NCBI GenBank assembly: GCA_018398765.1
Contig: JAHBMJ010000171.1
Location: forward strand, 1-54,596
DNA from: Chromera velia
Taxonomy: Eukaryota
Direction of reading: 5' to 3'
DNA length: 54,596 nucleotides
The position numbers were made by a program, and so were the translations under genes. Shown here piece after piece: positions 1 through 13,547 of the stretch (positions within the stretch are counted from its first letter, which is position 1; every line of letters starts with the position of its first letter). The notes under the pieces were generated by a model. The model was not told the origin of the DNA. It made no database searches and saw only the letters and a list, made by a program, of their open reading frames with translations.

Positions 1-243
1 CCACTCTGTTGATCAGACCCCCCCACCCTGTCTGCCAGCTCCCCCCACCCTGACGACCTTTTTCTGTAGACCCCCCCCACTCTACTGATCAGACCCCCCC
101 ACCCTGCCGATCAGATCCCTCCGCCCTCTTTGCAGACCCCCCCACCCTGCCGATGTGATCCTCTGCACCCTGCCGGCTAGACCCCTCTAATCTCTGTACC
201 CTGCGAATCAGACCCCTTGCCAATCAGATCCTCTCCACCCTGC
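1..243. repeat. Degenerate C-rich minisatellite (GATCAGACCCCC..ACCCTG units of about 25-35 bp)
   Basis: The motif (g)atcagaccc/accctg recurs about 8 times between 1 and 243. Confidence 0.7.
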
Positions 244-387
244 TAATCAAATCTTCTGCTCCCTTTTGTTTTGCCTGACCCTCTTTTTGTATCCTCTTTC
301 AGGCCCCAAGAAAGACATTTTTCCCGGTGCCTGCAGCTTTGCTTCTCGTGTATCGCTCCACGGGTCAGCTCCCTTCCCCCCCCCCCC

Positions 388-431
388 NNNNNNNNNNNNN
401 NNNNNNNNNNNNNNNNNNNNNNNNNNNNNNN
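388..431. other. Assembly gap (N run)
   Basis: Run of n flanked by poly-C. Confidence 0.99.
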
Positions 432-494
432 CCCCTCCACCGATATCGGCAAACTGCTCCGTGGTTCTGTGCATCCTCCATTTTTTTTTTGTCC

Positions 495-935
495 CGCCAT
501 CCGTCTACCCGTCCCTCTCTTCGTATGTCTTTTTTCTCCTTTTGTCCCACCGCATTCAGTCCCTGTATTCCTTCCTGTGTCTGTCTATCTATCCCTCTGT
601 CCCTCCATCTGTGCCCCTCTCTCCTTTCCGCCCTTTTCCTTTCGTCCGTCCGTTTGCTCTTGTCCCTCTGCCGTTTTCATCTGTCCCTCCTCCCTTTTTT
701 CCGTCTGTGGTTCTTTCCCTCTGTGCGAGTGTCTCTTCATCTCTTTGTCCATCTTTCTGTCCCTGTGCAAGTTGCTCTTCCATCTTTCTATCCTTTCATC
801 CCTCCGTTCCTCTGTCCGTCTGTCTTTCCGTCTCTTTTTCCCTCTGTGCAGCTGTCCCTCCATCTTCCTTTTGTCTATCGGTCCCTCTGTCTTGTTCTCC
901 CTTTCGTATGGTATCCCTCTATCCCTCCGTCCGTC
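495..935. repeat. Pyrimidine-rich low-complexity repeat (CTGTCCCTC/TCCGTC-like units)
   Basis: Repeated tgtccctc, ccgtc and tctgt words; the ORFs here are low-complexity. Confidence 0.7.
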
Positions 936-2070
936 TGCAGGCACGCTTGCGCGCGCGAGGGAGCAATATTAATTAAGTCTGGCACAAAGCGCGTTCGCAA
1001 AATCTTGACAGAAATTTGAAACAACAGGTAGAGAGACATGGTCAGAATTTCAGATTCAAATCATTGCTTGCAGATCGACTTCCAGCCTAGCTAGAATTGA
1101 AGCCATGCCTGAAGGTCAGCTATGGACTCGGCACGTCTTACAATGCATCAACACACCATCCTTTTTCCCCTACTTGATGCGCAAGCTGCGGTTGCAGGGC
1201 GGCTTTACAAAAAAGCTAGCAAAAAAGAAATTAAGGGGCACATGCAACAAGGAGACTCGGCCAGTCACGAGATAGAATTCAACGTACCTCAGCGGACAGT
1301 GTTGAAGCAGCTTTGTCCTACGGTATTTTCTCCGCGGTGCTTTCGACTTTTCACAAAAACGGTCATGCTGCCACCATGCATAGCAGGCACATATGTAGAG
1401 TAGAATCCCAAACGGATTTGACGCTTTGCGCAAAGAATCCTCTTAAGCCATTTCAAAACCGGGACTTCGGTAGGGACTGGCCGGCAAGGAGAGCTCATGC
1501 ATGGAAATGCTGAGAAACGTGAGCCTGTACCGGTGCTTTTATGATTTTTTCTGTTCTCGCTGTCCCTGCTCTTCTACACAAATGAATTGGTTTTTTGTTT
1601 GGTGACCCTCCTATACATGTTTCTGCATCTTTTCTTCAAGAATGGCACAACGGACTCGCTGTGGTTACCTGAGGGTGTCCGGTTGTTCATGAAACTGTCC
1701 GACAGAAGGGTACGAGTTGTACGGCCAAGCACTTCGTTCTGTATAAAATGAACCAAGCTAGAGTGTCCAGGAAAACAGATTTCTTGTGCACCTCAGCTTT
1801 TTTTTGAAAAGTCTCCTCCAATAGAGCAACAGACTGTCGCCTCTCCTTTCTTCCTGCTTCTTCGACTGTCAATTGAAACATGAAGATCCTTTCATTGTGC
1901 TCTGCAGGAACGGCGGAACATTTGGAGGTGAAGTAGGGGAATCAGGAGATATGCTGGAGGGAGAGAAACAAATAATACCATCCAGGAGGGAAAGGGAGCC
2001 TGGTAGCTATAGTCAATAAGAAGTGCGAGGTTTGTGGTTCGACACAGAAAAGATGTTAGATGCTTATCTA

Positions 2071-2243
2071 TGCCCTCATTTTCCTCGTCACAAGTCTGCA
2101 CCCATGCAGGCTTTGTTATCTACTCAAGGTGACACTGCTCTATTCTTTCTTTCGCTGACAGTGTGATACGAGGGTTACGTGTGTAAATTCGTGAGAGCAT
2201 GTGCCCGTGCAAGTGTATTTATGCAGGCGCGAGCGCGCGTGCT

Positions 2244-2245
<2 letters not shown>
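2071..2245 (+). repeat. Dispersed repeat of about 170 bp, copy 1, heading a (TG)n array
   Basis: Aligns with 3626-3780 (tcacaagtctg..cactgctctattctttctttcgctg..tgatacgag..tgcaagtgtattta). Confidence 0.85.
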
Positions 2246-3075
<830 letters not shown>

Positions 3076-3625
3076 GGGAACGCGTGTGTGCATGATCAGG
3101 CAGGTATTTATGCTAGCAACACCTGAAGGCAATGAGGATTGAACACAGGAGCAAGACCTGAAAACCAGTGAGACACACCTGAAGACAGAGTGACCAGGAA
3201 AACCAATCATGACTTTCTTATTTCTGAAATCAGGCTCGCAGCTCAAATGGCGGATACCAAAGCTCCTCCTACCTCATAAATTGGGACCTCCAAAGCTCCC
3301 TCCCCCAAAAAACCTACCCCAACAGCCATGCAGTTTGTCGAGCAAGAGCAACATGTGCGAGACCTTGCCGACAGGGCTCGCATGCGGCAGGGTAAAAGTA
3401 CGAACATTTGCCGTGACGGAACGCGTGTCATGTCAGGAGGGCCTCGTGCTCCCCCTCAATCCAACCTATGCAGAGAATTAAGGCGACCCCTCAATTCGGG
3501 GGAATGAGCCCCGAAGAGTTATGGGTGGAGTTCCAGCAAGTCAAGAAGGAGAAGAATGAAGCCGAAAATTCCCTCAGTAAATATTTTATTTTGGGACCCT
3601 GTGTCAGGACTCTTTCTGGTGTCTG

Positions 3626-3780
3626 TGCTATCATTTTTCTTATCACAAGTCTGGCTCTGTTATCGACTTCAAGTGGCACTGCTCTATTCTTTCTTTCGCT
3701 GTGATACGAGCGTGATTCCATATGTGAACTCGTAAGAGCGTGTATCTGTGCAAGTGTATTTACATGCGCGCATGTGCGTA
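3626..3780 (+). repeat. Dispersed repeat, copy 2, heading a (TC)n(TG)n array
   Basis: Diverged direct copy of 2071-2245. Confidence 0.85.
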
Positions 3781-3854
<74 letters not shown>

Positions 3855-3948
3855 GGTGGGTGGGTGTGTGTATGTGTGTATGTGTATGTGTGTGTATGTG
3901 TGTATGTATGTGTGTATGTATGTGTGTATGTATGTATGTATGTATGTA

Positions 3949-4001
<53 letters not shown>

Positions 4002-4004
4002 GTG
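3781..4004. repeat. Compound (TC)n/(TG)n/(TGGG)n/(TATG)n microsatellite
   Basis: Directly visible. Confidence 0.99.
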
Positions 4005-4516
4005 CGATTTCGTGCGTGGAAAGCAAACAGATGTCTCTCTTAGCCCTGCGATCTGTCGTTCATTTGGCCAGTGACAACCTAGAGTGACAACCCAGTGGGA
4101 TCACGATCAACTAGTTTCAAGGACTTTCTGTACGATGGCTGAACGGTGTTTACAATGAGTGAATCAGTGAGTCAGTTTTTTTGTCTGTCTGTTGGTGAGT
4201 GAGTAAGTGAATCAACCCATATACCCGAGTCAGCACGTTGCCCATTTACCCGGCCACTTGCATTTTATGATGATCAGCGGCATGTAACTGACCTCTCCTG
4301 ATGGACGGTGAATTTTCTTGTGTTGTACATGAATGCTCGATCGATCATTGCAGCAAAACTCCAACGTCAGACTCTCCGTGTTTAGTCTGTTCCCTGCAAT
4401 GCCATGCGGCAGGGAACAGGGAGGGTCCCAGCCTATGGGGGGAATGGCATTCACCTCAAACCTCCGGACAGCTGCCGATAAACCTGTCAACTGGGGGAGT
4501 GCAAAGGCTCCCATAG

Positions 4517-5400
4517 CCTTGCAATGCGAAGGTTGTGTGGGGAGGGAAGAGCCTGGTGCTCATGAATTTGGAGGACGGCAAGGTGGCAAAGTTCTTGGAC
4601 TCCCCCTTGCAGGCCTAGCAAGAATACTACATTTATAAGGAGACAGAGAAAAGGGTCGATGCATACCAGAAAAAACAGAATCTTCTTCGAAATGGCTTCC
4701 CCTTCCCCCAGTGTTATGGGGTGTCACGCGGGCCTCAAAACTTGGGGAATAGTGCAGTGGAACAGGCTATCAAAAGCCGCACCGGGGGTCCAGAGTGGGC
4801 TCTCATTATGGATAAGGTGCCAGGGGAGCCTCTTGATGAGGTTATCTGGAGGGGGGACACCATGCTCCCCTTCCCTTCAGGTGACCCCGTGAAAGACCGA
4901 ACAGCAGCAGAGCCCGCTCTGCTCCTTCTCCTTGAGATCATCAAGGGAGGTGCCATGATCCTCAGGGTCTTGGATCTCTGCGGTGTTTTCCTTCGGGATA
5001 TGTCAAGCTAGCGAACATGCTGTTGGTGCGACGCCAGCTGCCTTGTGAAGAAAGGGATATCGAGGTCTGGATCATCGACCCGGGACATGCGATCGTCCTC
5101 CCTCGATGTTTTCTCCCCCGAGAGATCTTTTGGGATTCCTAAGAGCAGAATCTTGGGTTTTTAGGATTCTCAGACTCCTTCCTCGGAAGTCCCTATCTAT
5201 GTAACGGGTCGTACGGCTACCTCCTACTGGACCCCCGTTTTGTTCGCAGGGCTTAAAAGTTTGCACGCCCCTTCAGCAACAGCCCTGTACCCTCCCTTTG
5301 ATATCGACAGGTTGTGGTTAAGGGATCAGCACTGGGCAAGAAACGCATTCTCCGGGGATTTGTCTCTTGGGTCTCCATCTGGGAGGCTGCAGAAGGCTCC
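4517..5400 (+). pseudogene. Protein kinase pseudogene
   Basis: One frame reads GKSLVLMNLEDGKVAKF (VAK 4583-4591), QA*QEYYIY, FPQCYG, ALIMDKVPGEPLDEV, GVFLRD. After an extra AT at 5000-5001 it continues VKLANMLL..VWIIDPGHA (DFG-like, 5077-5085), then GSPY and GDLSLG. In-frame TAG at 4514 and 4616. Confidence 0.8.
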
Positions 5401-5459
5401 CGCCTCCCCAAAAAATAGTACGATGCGGGCAACAATCGGCAACAATCTGGTTAGCGCCT

Positions 5460-6350
5460 CCTAGGGAGTCTTTAATTCTGATTCAATTCAAAAGTTGCTA
5501 TTATTACATGTTTTTTAGTAGTTTTAAAATTCTGACTAGTTCTAGAATTCTAAATATAGACTCTTCCATAAAAAGTATGGTACTAAATTTATACTAAATT
5601 TAAATTTAGCCCCTAGAGTTTAACTCATACTTTAAATTTAATATATTATTTGATGTACATAATTCATAAAATATTCGTTGAACCACTAATATAGATAGGA
5701 TAGCAGAGGATTTAATCTTCCGGGATAATAATGCATTCAATAGACATGTATGTTTTTAATTTCAAAAGTATTAATTGTGATTTAGTCATCCTCTTAGTGT
5801 TCAGTTAAGTGTTCAGTGCATTAGTTTCTTTAAATGTGGATTATGTGGTTGTAAAACTAGTTGCAAAATAAAAACTAACATCATTTAATACCTAGTTTAA
5901 TGAATGAATGAATGAATGAAGTTGGCTTTGCTAGAGTGGAGCCGTGCTCCCAGCAGCCCATGTTCATGCAAGAGATACACTAAATTTATGACTCGGACTA
6001 AAATGCAGTATTATATCTTACTACTATTACTGTACATGGTACTAGTACTACTAATATTACACATTTGGGGACTTATATGTGATAAAGTAGTAATTACTAA
6101 TGTAAGACTAGCTAAATTGCTGACAGAGTCGACTCAGGACTACTAGTAGTACTCTGGACTACTCGATGGATCAGGACAAAACTGGTTGACAACCATAATT
6201 AAAATTTAAAAATGATTAATAAATGGAATTAATATATTGTCAGGGGCTAGGCTCCGACGGCTATATAGTCATTCATTAAAAAAAAAAATAAAAAAAATTG
6301 GATGCTAACCACTGGCATGACTAGTGGCATGATTCTCAAACTCTATAAGC
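5460..6350. repeat. AT-rich, TpA-enriched decayed repeat block
   Basis: Abrupt AT shift with dense ctag/tagt/acta words and no credible ORF. Confidence 0.6.
5900..5967 (-). mobile_element. Tiny SINE-like element with (TTCA)n tail, copy 1
   Basis: Its reverse complement matches 42289-42352 exactly in the core; GGAGC-ACG-GCTCC hairpin lies upstream of the (TTCA)n tail. Confidence 0.75.
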
Positions 6351-7606
6351 AAGTGACTATAATTTAAGTTGAATTGCTAGCTGCATGGTTGTAGCCAATG
6401 ACGTTGGCTTGCTTACTTTGTGTACTTTGTTCGATCTTTTTTTTTCTTTACCTCGTTTGTTCAGCATTTGCCGTCTATGCGTGCGGAGAGACGTCATTTG
6501 CAGGACAGCGTGAGCAATTTTACTCTTTGATTTCCTCCCAAACTGGAAGTTGGGTAGTGAGCGATTGAGATGTGAAGAGGACCCTCTCTTCCTGAAGAAC
6601 CCCTCGGACGGATGACCGCTTTGGTGCATGGGCTATGATGTCTGCCTGCCATCTTGAGAAAACAGTCTGTAAAGCTTCACATCACTTTGCAGTCCTTTCC
6701 CTCTCGTGCTGCTGAATGTCGTTGCTTCACCATTTTCTTCTTGATGCATGCTCCAGTGGCCTGCAAACGGAGAGCATTCGGGGGAGCTAGGTGTAAATCG
6801 GATGGATGGATGGAACCCTTTTGGAGAATCCGAAATGGCCTTCTCATCGGTACTGTAATTTGGACCTTCTTTCCCTTCTTGACTCCACCTGCTAATTCAT
6901 TTCTTCGGTTTGTGTCCTGTTCATTTCTTCGATCATTCGTCCCTCTTTTTCATCATTGGTTCCTGATTCCGTGCCTCGATCGGCAAATTGGTTGATTGCC
7001 TGACTGCCGCTTGATTCTCATTGCTCAATGCTGAGGAGAAGAAGGAGACCAGATACGCAACACACGTGCATGGGCCGATGGCTTTTGAATACCTACTCGG
7101 GCGATGTCAACATGACAAACAAAAACGCAAAAAGAAAGAGGACCAGATCCTCGAGCTGGTCGAACGACAGCGCATGTGCGAAAGAGCAAACGGAGGGGGA
7201 AGAAAGACGCCAAAAGGAAAAGAATGGATGAAAGCGCTAAAAAGGGATTCATGGAAGACTCAGGCACTCAACCAAGGAAGAACTGAACGATGATGCAGGC
7301 GTGGAGTGAAAAGAAGGATGACAGGCTGTCTTTGTGTGAATGTGCGCAGCTGCTGGTTGACTCATGGACGACCGATGAAAAATGAGAGTTTGTGTTTTAA
7401 CGACCAAAAGTTCACGCGGAGAAACACTTGAGGCTCGACTCACCATCATGCATGATTAATGAACGGTACGAAGAAAAAAAGAGACAACATCCTGGATGGA
7501 TTGAGGGCAGCAGAATCAAGTGGAAAACCCGAATAAGAAGAATAACTCAGGATTGACTCATTAATTGTCTCGGCGCACAGAGAGAGAGACGTTTTATTAC
7601 AGGCGG

Positions 7607-7642
<36 letters not shown>

Positions 7643-7652
7643 CGATGACTGG

Positions 7653-8585
7653 CTAAGTGACTGACTGTAAAAGTGTTTGTCGCATCTGAAGCAAGGCCAA
7701 CTTCTCCTCGAAATGGTCCTTACATTCGTCCGGCGTCTTTCCCGTCTTTACGCACTTCAACATCATGTCGCCTGCAATCGGCAGCATGCACTCTTCCATC
7801 GGCACCCCCCGCTCCTTTTCACATTTCTTTGCGCACAAGAAGAGTTTGATCTTTCCGCAGTCGGGTGCGCACGTGCACTCATAGAGCCCGTCCTCTGGCA
7901 AGTTCCCTTCTCGGAGCGCTTTGAGGATTTTATCCTTCAGGTCTGCTGCATCCGACTCGTCCACTTCATCGTCTGATGAATCTCCACCGTCTCGTCCGTC
8001 GTCGTCTGATTTCTTTCCGGGGCCTGGATCGCTGGGCGAGAGGGGACCGAGCGTCTTATCCACAATCTGCAAGCGCTCATGCAGGAGAGGACGTGGAGCT
8101 GATGTGATTGTGAATCGAGGCGCGTAGCAAACCTCGTGAAAATTATCACCATACTTTCCGTGATATTCGTGTGATGGAGCTCATGAATGTGCATCCAAAC
8201 AAACACTGCATGATAGCGAGTGCGACCGTAGAAGCAAAGGGGAATAGTTGGACATGCTTATATTAGCTCATCCATCCACTAGGTCATTGACTGACCCCCT
8301 TCATGCTGTCGCTTGCAAGAACGTTTAGAGGGCTCTGGAGCTTTGATCTCTCCTTTGACATTTCCTCGGCTCCAGGAAGGGTGTCGAGGACTTTCTGCAG
8401 GCAAAAATCAATTCATTGTGCAGTGGAAGACAGCAAGCAAGCAAGCAAGCAGGCAAGCATACACAGAGAGTTTCTTTACTCATGCAGACTCACAGAAAGA
8501 AAACGAATCAAGAAGGAAGCACCTTTCTGTAGTCACAGGTCTACCAGGAAATAAGCCCGGCTGAAAAGTCAATCGAGGACGCGTG

Positions 8586-8616
<31 letters not shown>

Positions 8617-9037
8617 ATACACAACCAAATCTTCCTCAAGTCCCTCACCTAGATTTCATTGAAAGCACTCCTGAAAGAAACTCCATAATTAAATTCAGTC
8701 TCCTTCTCCGAATGCATTAGCTGACCTTCCCTCATTCCACAAATTGTTGAGTAGGGACCCAAACCGTTAATTTGCATCGATCAGTGAGCTAGGGAAGTCT
8801 CCGACCGCCATCCCCTTCATTTAACTGACTGACCTGGCTGAGTGCCATGGTGATCACCTCCCCGTCCACTTTGATCTCTGCCTTCTCCACTGCCTTCACG
8901 ACCCCTCTGATGTTGGTGATCTGGAGGAACACCGCGTCAACGAGACACTCCCGGATGTGTCTGGAGTCCTCGACAGGAAGAGGGAAGTAGATCTTCAGAA
9001 GCAGGCTCTTCAGACGCAGCACGTTCTCCTTGTCCGC
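7653..9037 (-). CDS. Multi-exon hypothetical protein with C-terminal Cys-rich repeat (exons 8834-9037, 8296-8394, 7653-8066; 5' end unresolved, possibly ATG at 9592)
   Basis: Phase-0 exons bounded by cag and gtcagt: ADKENVLRL..MALSQ, KVLDTLPG..SMKG, IVDKTLGP..YECTCAPDC..CAKKC..VPMEEC..QSVT*. Confidence 0.6.
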
Positions 9038-9278
9038 CTGTGTGTTGAAGGGAGTCAAGAGAGACAAGGTGCAGAGTGTGAGTCTCAAAAGCAGAATCAG
9101 ATATGTTCAAAGCAGTCTGGAATTCAAGACGAGATGGAAACAAAGAGAGAGAAACATAACTAGGAAAATGAGAGAAGAGAGACAGAGACAGAAAACGAAA
9201 AGGCCATTCTTCCGCTCAAGCATCGGTCCTGTTCTCTTTCTTGTCTTAAGAAGCCTCCGAGATCGGCAAGTCAACTCA

Positions 9279-9309
<31 letters not shown>

Positions 9310-9899
9310 GAAGAAAGAAAGAAAGAAAGAAATGCCAATCGAGCGTGAATTGAAGAAGCGGAGTCGAAAGTCCACGAAAGAGAAAAAGGAGCACACAAAG
9401 AGAATTCAAAGCAACAAAACTTCAGGCTCTCCGGGACAAAGAACACAAAACAGCAGTCCCAATCGAGCCCCGCCGTAGAGCAACTGACCGCCTTAATCTG
9501 CACAAAAGCGAACACGCATGCAAAAAGAGACAGGAAAGTTTTGGAAGTAAAAGTGGACTCACAGTCTTACGTCCAACAAGCGGAATTTTCATTAGCGACA
9601 ACGAAAGTCACAGGTCAATTCAGAAAGATGGACGATGACTCAGGGGCTTCAAGACGTCCTGTATGGAAAGTGGACGTCTATGCAGAGAGAATGTGCTCCC
9701 CCTACGACTTCATTGTCTCTTCAGAGAAGCGGAGAGACAAATTGTGGTCCTTATGGTAAGCTCTTCATATGCTGTCATGCTGGATGGGTTGGTGGACTGT
9801 CTTTGTTTGTCTGATCTCATCTGGCTCAAATGACTTCACACAACCGACGGGCATGACACTTTGTCTTATCCGTTGCTTTGTATCATTTTTCACTTTTGT

Positions 9900-12164
9900 T
9901 TAGTTTGCCAACTCAGGTGCCTGACCGACTGACTGGCTGTCTGACTGAATTTATGAATGACGCACGCAGAGAGTGGCTGACAGACCGCTTAATTGTCTGC
10001 CTGACTGACTGACTGACCAGTCTCGCTGCCGCCTGTTCCTGTGCTGTTGACTTTTCGTACAGATGGCGTGCAGTCGCGAGGGTGGGTTGGAAGTCCTCTT
10101 CCTGCAGGGGGGGGAAGGAGGTTGAACAATTCCTTGTTCCAGGATATAGATGGAAGAGAAAAAGGAATATTCAGAACAACGAACAAGAAGGAGGGAGGTT
10201 CCCCTGTTTCCACACTGTCTGTCGTCTGATCTCATCGTGTCAGAGTATGAGCACGACCAGTGAATGGTATGGAGATAGACATAGAATAAGACGAAAAGAA
10301 TTCTTTTGAGAGAAATGGACTCGTGAGACGCAGAAGAGGGGAAAATCCTCTCTCTGTATTCCCACAAGCCTTCAGACAGTTAACTGACCATGGCTGTGTC
10401 CTTGCTGGGAAGGTTGGGTGCCACAGCCGTGACGGGACTTCGGATAGTGTCGTCTGTCTCACTTGCCAACGAGAGAGACAGAGACTCTGCAAGCCTCTCC
10501 TGGTCCTGCAATTGCAGAAAACTGCTCTGTGGGTCCTCTCCTGTGGAGGAAAGCCAAGAGCGAAGGATTTTCAGCTTCCCCTGCTCTACCTGTGTCTCGA
10601 CGGGAAATTGGAGGAAGGAGGGGTTGACCTCCGGATTTTCCTTCGTGATCGCATCGCAGTCGGGCTTTGGGAGAGTCTCTGCGCACTCTTTCTTGCAGTC
10701 CTCCATGACCTTCTCGCAGTCTGTCTCTTCTGACTCGCAGGCCTCCAGGTTGCACTTGTAGGGCTTCGGTGAGCTCTGGTACTGTCCGCATGATTTCCTC
10801 AGGTCGGGTGGCTTCTGGCGTTCCTCCTCCTCATCGCACTTCTTCCCCCCCGACTCAGGCTCCGTGTTCGATTGGTACCGTCCTCCTGCAAAAGAAGCAA
10901 ACGCATGCAGGCAGTAGACGATCTCAATGTGCGTACAATCTCGTCCGTTCTCTCTGTCGCATCGTCTCTTGCGACTTTTGATGCGTTGTTCTCTTCTTGC
11001 TCATCAACAGCTGCCTCACAGTCTACTTTCTTTTTTTCAGAAGAACAGGCAGACAGACAAAAAAGGCGACTTCAGTCTGTAGAGAGAGATCTCTATGATA
11101 GGAATGCAAAAGAAGTGTATCGACGCCAGTCTGCCTCTCTACAAAGAATACAGCAAAGCAAGCTTGCATGAACAAGACAAGCAGATGCATGTCCAGCCTG
11201 TTTCGTAACAGAGGAAGGCAGAAGCACTTTTGAACCTCTTCTTCAATGACTGATTGACAGACTCACTGACTTTTGGTGGGGTCTCTACTGTGTGGGGATC
11301 TTCTCGAGTCGCTGTCCTGAGAATCGTCTACCACTCTCTTCTTCTGGGGTCTGTTCACAACGACGCACTTCTTGTTTGTCTCACAATTTCTCAGGTTATC
11401 GCACTTCTTCGGTGGAATCGTCCCAAGACCCTTGCAGTCCTCCACACACTTCGGAGCTTCCATCCCTTCAGTGCACTCAAATTTTTCGGGCTGGGGTTCG
11501 GGGTTGTCTTCGTGCTCTGGTGTGGCCACCGAATCTATGTTCTCGTCAATCTCATCGCACTTTTCTTCTGGCACTTTGCCCAGCTCTTTGCACTCCTTGA
11601 TGCACTCCTTGATCTTGTCTGCACAGTCGGGCTTGCAGGACTCGAGATCACATGTATAGACTTCCTCGTCCTCGCTGGGCAGATCTGTGGTGACTGTGAG
11701 CCGATCTATGTCCAGTTCCCTGCAGGTGTCCTCCGGGAGGTCGGATTCGGAGATGCACTCATTCTGGCATTGCTCTATCTCGGCTGAGCAGCTGTCCTCC
11801 TGACACTCCTCCCGATTTAGTTTGCACTCAAATCTGTTGTCGTCGAAATCCTGCAGGCAGGCAGTAGGGGCACAGGGGACGTTTGTCCGTGGCGATTTTG
11901 CATAGATGTCGTACACAAGAAATGACGTCAGTCATCACTCAGAGAAGAAGTTGTAGAGTGATGAAAATTCCAGGAAGAGAAAGGAAAGAAAACTCCCACC
12001 CTGACAGAATTGGACAGCTGAGGGCACTGAAGAAACAAAAGAAATACCTCCGAGGACATGCAGACTCATTCATGTGCACAAAGACCTTTGGACAAGTGCA
12101 TGGTGGTCAATGACAGTGTAACATCTGTCTCACTGTCTGTCGTACTCTCTCTCTCTCTCTCCCA

Positions 12165-12208
<44 letters not shown>

Positions 12209-12421
12209 ACCCGAAACCCGAGGTGGGAGAGAGGAAGCTTGCATCTTGAAGGTCCTCTCAAAACTCACGTTTTGAGGGCCTGGCTTTGAGGGTTTGGGGT
12301 TCTCCTTCTTCTTCTTTTTCGGAGACGGCGGAGGGGCCCCCGCATCGTCACTCCAAAAGGGCTGCGTGCATGGGGGAATTGGGGCGGCAGAGAAAGCGGG
12401 TGGAAGATTGATCCCATCCAT
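9900..12421 (-). CDS. Multi-exon Cys-rich repeat protein (exons 12269-12421, 11271-11850, 10389-10885, 10018-10101, 9900-9920)
   Basis: Exon phases are consistent across cag/gtgag/gtcagt junctions. Four copies of a Cys motif, e.g. YTCDLESCKPDCADKIKECIKECKELGKVPEEKC. The start may lie further upstream. Confidence 0.7.
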
Positions 12422-12623
12422 TACGTTGCACTCGCCTGTGTGTCAGCAGAACAATGTCTCTTTTTTCGTTTGCTGTGGACGAGGAAAGGGGGTCGCCGGA
12501 AAACGATTGCGAAAAAAACTGCGCAAATGAGGGGGTAAATGCGATTGACATGACAGAAGAGAAGTACGAAGAGACGTCGCTTAGATGCGATTCAAAAGCA
12601 TGTCAGGCTTTGCCTTATCTTTT

Positions 12624-13512
12624 TTACAAAGTCCACTTTTCGATCTCAAGAAGCACATTGCCAGCAGCGTCCGCAACCTAACAGTCCCACACGTTTCCCT
12701 GATTACATGCGTGTGCACTCACCGTCTTGAATCTGGACCCCCCCACGTCACAGATCTTGGGTCCCTCTCCCTCCTTATAGTCGAAGCTCCCGCACTCATC
12801 GTTGGCGGACCAGTCAGCAAGGAACTTCTGCACATACATGCATTTAGCCTCAAAGAAATGCGAACAGACGAAAAGGAGGGTATACAGATCAGGTATGCTG
12901 TTGTCTTCTTTCGGATAAAGTAGAATTGTGGGCCGCCTCTCCCTCCATTTCCATCTCGCTCAGTTGGGGGAAGTCTGTTCAAAGGCACAACACTAACCAC
13001 ACGGCTTCCCACAAAGAGGAACGATCCCCTGCACCCCCCCACTCACTCCCACAGTCTGCATCTCCAGATCCCCCTCCTGCAGGTCTCCCTGAGTCGACTC
13101 GCGGAGAAGCTTCACCTGCAGGAAGGTAGACAGAGAGCGAGGGTGGGGAAGACCAACAGAGACAACGACTGAGAGAGGAGGGCGGGCAGAGGCAATCACA
13201 TCCACTGTCACACCTCCCATGAGACCACTAATCTCTTCCCAACTAACCAAAGAGAAGAGCTCAAAGAGAGAAGAGATGCAGAAAACTGTCGATTCGCTAG
13301 CCTCTTCTTCAACACCAATTTCTTCATTTCTTGTTCGTTCAAGTTCCTGCCGACCTACCGAATAGTATTCTGCTGCCATCTCGGAGGCTTCTCTCAGAGC
13401 TCTGGTGCTCTCCTGTCTGTCCGGGAGGACGCCATGACTCTGCACGCAAGCCAACAGAAAGAAGCATATAGAGTCGTTAAAGACAGACAGACAGACAGAC
13501 AGACAGACAGGC

Positions 13513-13547
<35 letters not shown>

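Noticed and set aside
1..243. CRISPR-like spacing of short repeats
   Set aside because: The repeats are degenerate, the intervening segments resemble each other, no cas genes are present and the context is eukaryotic.
266..1019. Three overlapping ORFs of about 230 aa
   Set aside because: They span an N gap and a stop-poor pyrimidine repeat.
1060..1990. Coding-like minus-strand fragments
   Set aside because: The frames are broken and carry no recognisable domain.
7021..7293. 90-aa basic ORF on the plus strand
   Set aside because: It could be a terminal exon, but no motif or consistent splice model supports it.
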